A DNA stretch of 32,000 nucleotides from Acaryochloris marina S15 (GTDB lineage: Bacteria; Cyanobacteriota; Cyanobacteriia; Thermosynechococcales; Thermosynechococcaceae). Under the pieces are notes generated by a model. It saw only the letters and a program-made list of their open reading frames with translations, had not been told where the DNA came from and searched no databases. The translations under genes were made by a program, and so were the position numbers. This document shows positions 1 through 6,845 of the stretch, piece after piece (within the stretch, counting starts at the first letter, position 1; every line of letters starts with the position of its first letter). Where the stretch lies: NCBI RefSeq assembly GCF_018336915.1, contig NZ_CP064923.1, positions 2,130,001 to 2,162,000 of the forward strand. Reading direction: 5' to 3'.

Positions 1-418
1 CGTTATGTCTGCTGGTTAGGCTCATCTTTACCCGTCTGATGATGCCAAGGCCAAAACCTAAGAAGAAGAGTGAAGGTAGCCACGCCCAAGGATGCCTTGG
101 GGAAGAGCGGAGTTTACGATTGGTCGGAGTCGAATATGGAGTGGTGTCAGCTCTGAGGTGAGACTTTAGGTCAGTCTTGGAGGTTGTTGTGAGAAAACCA
201 GTAACAGTGGGAGTGGATAGTGCCAAATAAGGATCTTGGCTGATTGCTCGCTGATGGAGTGTTGCTGATAGGGCAATCTTCTGATGAAGCCGGTGAGGCT
301 GGGGAATTTCCTCGATGGTGGCGGGATAGGTGGCAATACCTGAAGGGTAACCACCAGCTATCGCAATTCCAGTCCCAATGCCGATGACCTGGCAAGTTCT
401 AAACCTTATTGTTTTCAT
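1..418 (-). CDS. hypothetical small signal-peptide/TM protein; N-terminal 138 codons only, the ORF runs off the left edge
   Basis: The minus-strand frame is open from the ATG at 418-416 down to position 2 with no stop, so it is absent from the supplied ORF track. It translates MKTIRFRTCQVIGIGTGIAIAGGYP...NRKLRSSPRHPWAWLPSLFFLGFGLGIIRRV. The N-terminus and the later NR..RSS..W-hydrophobic-GF segment parallel the neighbouring 566-1120 protein. No family recognised. Confidence 0.35.
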   Translation of the reverse strand, partial: MKTIRFRTCQVIGIGTGIAIAGGYPSGIATYPATIEEIPQPHRLHQKIALSATLHQRAISQDPYLALSTPTVTGFLTTTSKTDLKSHLRADTTPYSTPTNRKLRSSPRHPWAWLPSLFFLGFGLGIIRRVKMSLTSRHN

Positions 419-565
419 TTGATAGTCTCGTGAAATCTATTAGGGACAAGGTCCCTGAAGTAGTGACAACGTGGTTTTTGAACTGGGAATAAAGTGTTAG
501 AAGGAAAGTGCTCAATTTTCTGTTGTGCTTCCCAATAGGAAAATTGAGCTGACTGGGAGAACGGC

Positions 566-1120
566 TTACCAATCTCCACCATCGCCGCCCCCATCACTGC
601 TTCCACCACCGAAATCGCTACTATCGTTATAGTTCCCATAATCGCTATGGCTGCTAGAATCGCTGCTACAGTCGAACCAGGTGTTGCTGCTGCTCCGATT
701 CCCACTGGACTGATTGGCTAGAATTCGCCAAAAAATAATGCTGCTAAAGCCTAGAATGCCGATCAGCACAATCCAGTCAGTAGAATCTTGATTCGAAGAA
801 CGGGGTTGGCGACGATTCGAGTTTGATGCCACAGCAATCGATTGATCGATATGGAAAGAGGAAAATGCCAGTGGTTGTTGGGAAACTTGTCTTGGAGACA
901 AACCCGTGGCTATGATTGTCGAAGGTGGAGTGAGGGCTGAATCGTAACCAATACCGATAGCAGGTTGATGATCCATTTTGGTTTCTATGACTGGATGCAA
1001 CTGAAGGGGAGCGACAGCTCCCTGGTGGACAGATGCTGCAGCGCAAAGGGGAACGGTTGCGATCGCAACAACAATACCAACACCCATAACTTTGTGGGGA
1101 GAATACTTTATAGATTTCAT
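566..1120 (-). CDS. hypothetical secreted/membrane-anchored protein with an acidic Ser/Asp/Gly-rich tail
   Basis: The ORF track gives 566..1147. I prefer the ATG at 1120, because MKSIKYSPHKVMGVGIVVAIATVPLCAAASVH looks like a signal peptide. A second hydrophobic helix (WIVLIGILGFSSIIFWRIL) is followed by SSDSSSHSDYGNYNDSSDFGGGSSDGGGDGGDW. No family recognised. Confidence 0.45.
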   Translation of the reverse strand: MKSIKYSPHKVMGVGIVVAIATVPLCAAASVHQGAVAPLQLHPVIETKMDHQPAIGIGYDSALTPPSTIIATGLSPRQVSQQPLAFSSFHIDQSIAVASNSNRRQPRSSNQDSTDWIVLIGILGFSSIIFWRILANQSSGNRSSSNTWFDCSSDSSSHSDYGNYNDSSDFGGGSSDGGGDGGDW

Positions 1121-1166
1121 TTGGAAATCCTCTGGCAATAAAATCAATAGGCGAACTAAATGAGTT

Positions 1167-2013
1167 CTACGACTGCTGTCGTTGAAATGTGTGCAGATTA
1201 TTTTGGCTAGACAGGACCTGACCGATAATTGGGTGATAGGTCTGCTCGTATTGGCTAACCCTATGTGTGGGATGAAATAAGGACTCTACATACTGGCGGC
1301 AGTCTGCCCGATTGAGTTGGAGGGCTGCTGGAATTTTGTGGACAAACTCACTAATGGTGGAGCAGATAAACCCAGATTTACCGTCTGCAATGATGTCTGG
1401 GACCGGGCCACAGTTCATGGCAATCACGGGGGTGCCGCAGGCCATCGATTCCAACATTGCTAGGCCAAAGGGCTCATCCCAGATAATGGGGAAGACGGCG
1501 ACGGCTGCCTTGGCGAGAAGATCTGCTTTTTGGGCATGGTTGACTTCTCCGAGATACTGAATGTGCTGGCCGTCAATGTGAGGTTTGATCTGTTGATCGA
1601 AAAAGTCTTGCTCGGAAGGGGCAATTTTGCCTGCCATTTTTAGGGGCAATCCGGCATGTTGGGCAATTGCGATCGCAAACTGCGGACCTATCTCTGGAGC
1701 CATTCGTCCGACAAAGGCAATGCAAGGCGGGGTCTGGCATTCAGCCGCAAAGGGATATCGAGATAAGTCAATGCTGTTGTGAATTGTATCAATGTAATTG
1801 AGGTGGGGCATCGTTGGTTTCTGGGCCTCACTAATGTTGATCATTGGAAGTTGAGGACAGTGTGCAAAGAGTGGGTGATTACTGACCTGATGTCCTCGTT
1901 GGACTAATCCTTCTGTTAGGACACTAATGACACTTTCTATACCGCCATGCGCTTTCCCAGAGTGGTGAAACCTGGGCGATATGCAGGGGGGCTGTTTGTA
2001 GGTGAGGGGGCAT
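1167..2013 (-). pseudogene. decayed GT4 (group 1) glycosyltransferase with an N-terminal frameshift and a probable ~100-aa internal deletion
   Basis: The 225-aa ORF (1167-1844) is a GT-B C-terminal domain (FVGRMAPEIG, PLKMAGK, EPFGLAMLESMACGTPVIA, GKSGF). Upstream, ATG 2013 follows AAGAGGAG and reads MPPHLQTAPLHIAQVSPLWES, then stops. The expected continuation HGGIESVISVLTEGLVQRGHQV lies in the frame of the 225-aa ORF, so there is a frameshift near 1945-1955. Only about 85 aa separate GGIES from the GRxxPExG motif, against roughly 170-200 in intact GT4 enzymes. Confidence 0.6.
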
Positions 2014-2078
2014 ACATTGCTCCTCTTGATGTGACAGGAAAGGGACTGTGAGCTATAAAACCCTATCTCAATCTCTTC

Positions 2079-2352
2079 CTCACATAAGATATCTCTTTTA
2101 TGTGAGATTTGTCAATGATTTTTCTCACATGAAGCTTTTGCAGCTGATCTTGGATAGAGTCTTCATCATGCCTGATGCCCATACTAGCTATAGCTTGAAT
2201 AGCTAGTATGAGCTTGGGTAACAGGGTTTTACTTGAACTACTCTATAGACCTAACAATAAAGAAGATACAGAGGTTCTCACTTAGTTGAGATCTGCCTCA
2301 CATAGAAAGTTGTGAAATGGGGATAGAATGAAAAGGATCTGATTTATGTGAG
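2079..2352 (+). promoter_or_regulatory. array of five CTCACAT(A)/(T)ATGTGAG motifs upstream of the STAND-kinase operon (candidate operator sites)
   Basis: CTCACATAA 2079-2087; exact reverse complement TTATGTGAG 2098-2106 (10-nt spacer); CTCACATGA 2124-2132; CTCACATAG 2297-2305; TTATGTGAG 2344-2352, ending 9 nt before the GTG start at 2362. A related TCTCA-N6-TGAGA lies at 2276-2291. A possible -10 TAGAAT is at 2324-2329. Confidence 0.35.
2180..2210. repeat. perfect 12-bp inverted repeat with a 7-nt spacer in the same intergenic region
   Basis: CATACTAGCTAT (2180-2191), AGCTTGA, ATAGCTAGTATG (2199-2210). The arms are exact reverse complements. Confidence 0.5.
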
Positions 2353-2361
2353 TTTGTTGGA

Positions 2362-3645
2362 GTGATTCCTCCAGAGTTCTTGAGTGATATAGCCACTCAA
2401 CAAGGTGTATCCAAATCTGAATTAGCTGCCCTCAAGCTTGGAATAGCAGGGTATTCCACTGCTGATATTGGTGAACAGCTGGGGATTAGTGGGGATGCAG
2501 CCCGCAAGCGCCTAAGTGAGGTCTATCAGAAATTTGGGATTGCTGGGCGAGGCCCTGTCAAACTCACAAAACTCCAACAACTCCTGGTTGCGCGTTACCA
2601 AGAAGCCCTTGAGAATGGAAAGGTGGCTGCAAATGCTGTGGAGCTAGAGCAGGTTGATTGGGGCAATGCACCCGATGTGTCCGTGTTTTATGGCCGCACT
2701 GCAGAGTTAGAAAAACTAGAGCGATGGATTATTCATGATCATTATCGTTTGTTGGCACTCTACGGAATTTCGGGGATTGGCAAAACCACCCTGTCCGTAA
2801 AGTTAACCCAACGACTGCAACCCCATTTCGAAAAGATTTTTTGGCGTTCGCTGTACTATGCGCCACTCCTGCAAGATTTACTGATCGAACTGACGACTTT
2901 TCTTCAGGGTTCGCCACTGGACCCGCCTCTCGCGACTGTTTCAGAACAAATGGATTGGGTGATGGATTATCTGCAACATCATCGATGCTTGCTCGTCTTG
3001 AACGGTTTAGAATCCTTTAGTCGTAAGGGAGATCTGGCGGGGAATTATCAACCGAATTACGAAAACTACAGTCAGTTTATTCATCTGTTGGGAACGGTGC
3101 CCCATCAAAGCTGTGTCGTCACTACGAGTCAAGAGAAGCTGAGTGAGGTCGCCTATCTGGAAGGCCAAACCTTGCCTGTGGGTTCTTTTAAATTGCGTGG
3201 ATTGGAATTGGAGGAGGCAAAAGCTATTCTCCTAAACAAGGGGCTGACAGGAGAAGATAAATGGAAGTATCTTGTAGACGGGTATCGGGGCAATCCGATG
3301 ATGCTTAAACTGGTCGCCGAAACCATCAAGGAAGTGTTTGGTGGCAATGTCAGTGACTTTCTAGACACTAGCTTATTCACCAGAGATATTCACAATTTTA
3401 TAGAGCGAATTTTTGACCGTGTTTCGGAGCTAGAACGGAGAATTTTGTATATCCTGTCTGATCAAAGTGATGGGTTAGGTTTTAAGCAATTGCAAAGTCA
3501 ACTCGCCACTATCAACGCTCAAGACTTAATGAGTGCTCTCTCGTCCCTTCGCCAGCGATCACTGATTGAACATGTGGATCAGGGATTTATTCTTCCGCCT
3601 GTGATCAAAGAGGTAACCCAACAAATTATGGTGTCTGAAGCCTAA
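2362..3645 (+). CDS. STAND-class P-loop NTPase with an N-terminal sigma70-r4/LuxR-like HTH and a C-terminal winged helix, but no sensor repeats
   Basis: Starts at GTG 2362; an in-frame stop lies at 2329-2331. The N-terminus reads GVSKSELAALKLGIAGYSTADIGEQLGISGDAARKRLSEVYQKFGI (HTH). Walker A is GISGIGKTT (2764-2790). The Walker B region is CLLVLNGLES, with Asn at 3001-3003 where I recall LDN in the related cyanobacterial WD40/TPR STAND proteins. HQSCVVTTSQEKL and GNPMMLKLV follow, then a WH-like ...LSSLRQRSLIEH, and the protein ends. Confidence 0.75.
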   Translation: MIPPEFLSDIATQQGVSKSELAALKLGIAGYSTADIGEQLGISGDAARKRLSEVYQKFGIAGRGPVKLTKLQQLLVARYQEALENGKVAANAVELEQVDWGNAPDVSVFYGRTAELEKLERWIIHDHYRLLALYGISGIGKTTLSVKLTQRLQPHFEKIFWRSLYYAPLLQDLLIELTTFLQGSPLDPPLATVSEQMDWVMDYLQHHRCLLVLNGLESFSRKGDLAGNYQPNYENYSQFIHLLGTVPHQSCVVTTSQEKLSEVAYLEGQTLPVGSFKLRGLELEEAKAILLNKGLTGEDKWKYLVDGYRGNPMMLKLVAETIKEVFGGNVSDFLDTSLFTRDIHNFIERIFDRVSELERRILYILSDQSDGLGFKQLQSQLATINAQDLMSALSSLRQRSLIEHVDQGFILPPVIKEVTQQIMVSEA

Positions 3646-3652
3646 TCGATCG

Positions 3653-4810
3653 ATGGTGTATTGTCCAAATTCTAAGTGCAAACAGCGGCAAAATCCTGCA
3701 ACTGCAGAGAGCTGCCAAAGTTGCAAAACACCATTAATTCTCAACCATAACTATCGTCTGATTCGGCCTTTAGTGAATCTTGAACGATCGGGCAACACTG
3801 AAGTGTTTGAAATTGAGGATCTGCGCTGTACTCATCAGCCGAATCCAAGGCTAAAAGTCCTGAAGCTCCTCAAGTACAATGGCGGCGATCTAGAACGGTT
3901 GTTCAAACAAGAGGCGATCTATCTTCAAAGCCTTGACCATCCTGCTATTCCCAAAATTGATCACCAAGACTATGGGGACAACGGTTATTTTTCAGCTGTG
4001 GAGCCAGCCACTCATCGAAAAATCCATTATTTTGTGATGGAAAAGGTAGAAGGCAAAAATCTACGAGACTGGATACAGGATCAACCGACGATTGGTAACG
4101 ACACTCTTTTGAAGTGGCTTCGGGAATTGCTGACTATTTTGGACTATCTGCATACCCAAAATATTTGGCATCGAGATATCAAACCCTCCAATATCATGCT
4201 GCAACCGGATGGACAGTTGGTATTGATTGACTTTGGCGCTGTGAAACAAATTCGGCCTCACCGTGAAGAAGCCGGTGATATTCCCCCTCGACCAGACATT
4301 ACGGTTACAGATACCTGTGTTTTTGCTGCGGGATACACCCCCCCAGAACAAATGGATGGGAGAACGGTGCAGCAGTCCGATTTTTTTGCTTTGGGGCGGA
4401 GCTGTGTGCATTTACTCACCCAAATTCCTCCCTACAATCTGAGGGTTGATGATGGTGGGCAATTAGTCTGGCGAGAGAAAGTGCCTGACATTTCTGTGGT
4501 GCTTGCCGATTGGATTGATCAATTGATGTCTCCTTTGGTCAGAGACCGTCCTCAATCTGCGGCTGAAGTCTTGAGTCATATCCAATCAGAGAATATTCTG
4601 CCACCGCCTCAGACCCAAGATTCATCTGAAGGCGAGGTTTCATCAGGCTCTTCCCCTTGGGGCTCGTTGCTGAACCTTATTCTGTTCTCCATCCTGTTGA
4701 TCAGTGGTCTGTTGTGGTGGCAGGCCCACGAAAATAGCCAACCTATTCAAGATACGAATCAACAAGTGCAGCACCCTCTTCCATCTCTACGACTAGGAAG
4801 GGGGATTTAG
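3653..4810 (+). CDS. Ser/Thr protein kinase with an N-terminal 4-Cys zinc ribbon and a C-terminal TM anchor
   Basis: Starts 7 nt after the STAND stop codon. CPNSKC...CQSC forms the zinc ribbon. The catalytic loop is HRDIKPSN (HRD at 4169-4177), DFG is at 4229-4237, and GYTPPE is the APE-like motif. The glycine-rich loop is degenerate (ERSGNTEVFE). A C-terminal hydrophobic helix reads LLNLILFSILLISGLLWW. Confidence 0.85.
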   Translation: MVYCPNSKCKQRQNPATAESCQSCKTPLILNHNYRLIRPLVNLERSGNTEVFEIEDLRCTHQPNPRLKVLKLLKYNGGDLERLFKQEAIYLQSLDHPAIPKIDHQDYGDNGYFSAVEPATHRKIHYFVMEKVEGKNLRDWIQDQPTIGNDTLLKWLRELLTILDYLHTQNIWHRDIKPSNIMLQPDGQLVLIDFGAVKQIRPHREEAGDIPPRPDITVTDTCVFAAGYTPPEQMDGRTVQQSDFFALGRSCVHLLTQIPPYNLRVDDGGQLVWREKVPDISVVLADWIDQLMSPLVRDRPQSAAEVLSHIQSENILPPPQTQDSSEGEVSSGSSPWGSLLNLILFSILLISGLLWWQAHENSQPIQDTNQQVQHPLPSLRLGRGI

Positions 4811-6025
4811 TAGTTGATAGGTTTCTGCTGTGGCTTTTCTCATGATTTTCTCGACAGCCTGATCGGTGGTGTCGGGATTGAGAGCTTGGCTGAGAGCAGC
4901 TTGCAAAATTTCAGAGGCTTGATCATATTCTGGAATGCGAGGTCGATCAATGGCTTTCGCAATTGCCTGTTGAACCTCAAGTGATTCTTGTTTGAGCACT
5001 GCTTTATGACTGGGGATAAACTGAGTTGCTTGGGTAAATTGGCGCTGAGCTTGCTCACTGGAAAAAAATTGAATGGCTCGCCAGGCTTGATCAGAGTGGT
5101 GTGTTTTTTTAGCAATGCCTAGGCCCCAACTCCCATTACAAGGTCCTCCTGGATGGTCCTGGGACTGTAATTGCATCGGCACGGATTTAACTGTTTTGTC
5201 GTTAGCCAGAAAAAACTTTGCCCTGGGCCAATGCCGCAGAAACATGCTTTTACCAGCCCTGAATTGAGTGAGAGATTCTGCTTCGCTATAGGTGAGGACA
5301 CTGGTGGGAGATACCTTGCTTTTTAAGGTGCTGCGAAGAAACTGAATGGCCTGAAGGGCCTCAGGTTGATCGAGTCCTACCTGACGGGTTTCATCATCAA
5401 TCCAGTAGCCCCCATGTCCTGCCAGTATTTCGACAAAGGTGGCAATCTTGCCTTCATACTGATCACCTTGCCATAGAAAGCCCCATTCCACGAGCTTCTT
5501 TTGTTTGAGGGTTTGGGAGATTTTCATTAAGTCAGTGAAGGTCTGGGGCGGTTTCTGGTAGCCTGCCTGAGAGAGCAAATCCGAGCGGTAATAGAGCATG
5601 CCCATATCGGAACGCAAAGGGACTCGATAGGACTTGCCATAATATTCTCCATCTTTGACGGATTGGGTGTTGAATTGCGATCGCATCTCCGTACCAAACC
5701 GCCCAGATAGATCTTGAAGACAGCCGCGAACCGCAAATTCAGGCACCCAAATCACATCGATATACACCAGATCAGGAGAACCTTGGGGCAAACAAGAGCC
5801 TTCTTTGAGCTGTTTGGATAAATACCCCCCAAGGTTTTTTGTGGTGGTTAGACGAATTTTAGTTTTGGGATGTTTGGCCTCAAAGGATTGAATTAAGGGT
5901 TGCCACGCTTGTGCTTCATCCTCCGGTACAAGCAAAGTCAGGACGACTGGGGGCCAAGTGAAATAGAGCAGCCCTAGCGCCAGCACTTGCAATGCTGCAA
6001 TACCTAACCAAAAACGCCTTGCCAT
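4793..6025 (-). CDS. ABC-transporter family-1 (sugar-type) extracellular solute-binding protein; no permease or ATPase genes nearby
   Basis: Has an N-terminal membrane anchor/signal sequence (RRFWLGIAALQVLALGLLYF). Its overall pattern fits SBP_bac_1 proteins (DLVYIDVIWVPEFA, YRVPLRSDMGMLYYRSDLL, WGFLWQGDQYEG, FLRHWP). The 3' end overlaps the convergent kinase gene by 18 nt. Confidence 0.7.
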   Translation of the reverse strand: MARRFWLGIAALQVLALGLLYFTWPPVVLTLLVPEDEAQAWQPLIQSFEAKHPKTKIRLTTTKNLGGYLSKQLKEGSCLPQGSPDLVYIDVIWVPEFAVRGCLQDLSGRFGTEMRSQFNTQSVKDGEYYGKSYRVPLRSDMGMLYYRSDLLSQAGYQKPPQTFTDLMKISQTLKQKKLVEWGFLWQGDQYEGKIATFVEILAGHGGYWIDDETRQVGLDQPEALQAIQFLRSTLKSKVSPTSVLTYSEAESLTQFRAGKSMFLRHWPRAKFFLANDKTVKSVPMQLQSQDHPGGPCNGSWGLGIAKKTHHSDQAWRAIQFFSSEQAQRQFTQATQFIPSHKAVLKQESLEVQQAIAKAIDRPRIPEYDQASEILQAALSQALNPDTTDQAVEKIMRKATAETYQLLNPPS

Positions 6026-6154
6026 GAACCTTACTGCTCAATGATGGAAAACAGGAGAAAAACACGATTTCTGCCTATAGCTAGGATCTCATGATTCAAA
6101 CCCTTCTCCTGGCCTGGGTTGACTCTAGGGTCTTATGCAAAATCTGCTGAATCG

Positions 6155-6493
6155 CTAGCGTAAGTTCCAGGCCCAATAAACGCTGGTCACTTTCAATCCT
6201 CGGGCTGTGTCTAAGGCGATAACTCTGAGGCCTCTCAGTTTGTCTACAAACCTTTGGTAGGGTGTGTTTCTGAGGGTTTTATCTAGGAGCGTATAGGTTT
6301 TGGCGTGGCTGTGATATTCTTGCTTGCCGTACAGAAGTGCCAGTTCGATCATATCGGTGGAAATGGCTCGTTGCTGCATGCGCCGTTTGGAATGGCTAGG
6401 GTCACTGATAGACCCAGACAGGAAAAAATCAGGCAATGAATCGATTCTAGAATCGTCTGTTAGTAGTTGATGCAGTTCATGAGCGAGTTTCAT
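6155..6493 (-). CDS. DUF4258-like small protein (toxin-like fold), no adjacent partner gene
   Basis: The 112-aa protein has a core HSKRRMQQRAISTDMIELALLYGKQ, which resembles the DUF4258 signature (H..R...R.I....I...L..G). This assignment is from memory of the family consensus only. Confidence 0.45.
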   Translation of the reverse strand: MKLAHELHQLLTDDSRIDSLPDFFLSGSISDPSHSKRRMQQRAISTDMIELALLYGKQEYHSHAKTYTLLDKTLRNTPYQRFVDKLRGLRVIALDTARGLKVTSVYWAWNLR

Positions 6494-6795
6494 AACCGTG
6501 ACCTAAGATCAGCTAAAGCTAGCTTAAATCTAGGCCCATCAGAGAAAAACGATTAAACTACGGAACTATTTGCACTGCCGTTCTATTCATTTACGTAGTA
6601 GTACTGATTGAGATCGGGTGAGGAATAACATAAATGCTGGGGGAACGGCAGGCCACTTGAGCCTGGATTTGTTCCTATGATGCCATGGTCAATGCTGGGC
6701 AGAGCAAGGTTGTTCATAGAACTCTATTTTTGGATGCGATTCCCACCAGTATGAAGCGTAAGGCCGGGGAAGTGTTGAGCCCAGTTGAGTCCATG

Positions 6796-6833
6796 AAAAA
6801 GACCCCATGTGAATAGACTGCTCTGAAGGGGGC
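6796..6833 (-). terminator. weak candidate intrinsic terminator after the CBS-PAS kinase gene
   Basis: The minus strand reads GCCCCC-20 nt-GGGGTC followed by TTTTTC, beginning 13 nt after the stop codon at 6846. The stem is short and imperfect. Confidence 0.25.
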
Positions 6834-6845
6834 AAGGCTAATTCC

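Noticed and set aside
415-705. A 96-aa minus-strand ORF overlapping the end of the 566-1147 gene.
   Set aside because: It is an alternative frame over the Ser/Asp/Gly-rich tail and translates as an Ala/Ile/Gly low-complexity run. The 566-1120 frame has a coherent signal peptide and TM architecture.
2098-2130. TGTGA and TCACA half-sites that resemble a CRP/SyCRP1 site.
   Set aside because: CRP-family sites need TGTGA-N6-TCACA. Here the half-sites are 16-19 nt apart or everted, so this is not a canonical CRP box. I kept it only as an unclassified repeated motif.
6583-6717. A 44-codon minus-strand ORF upstream of the DUF4258-like gene, considered as a possible antitoxin.
   Set aside because: It has no Shine-Dalgarno sequence, no recognisable fold motif, and lies 90 nt from the putative toxin start.
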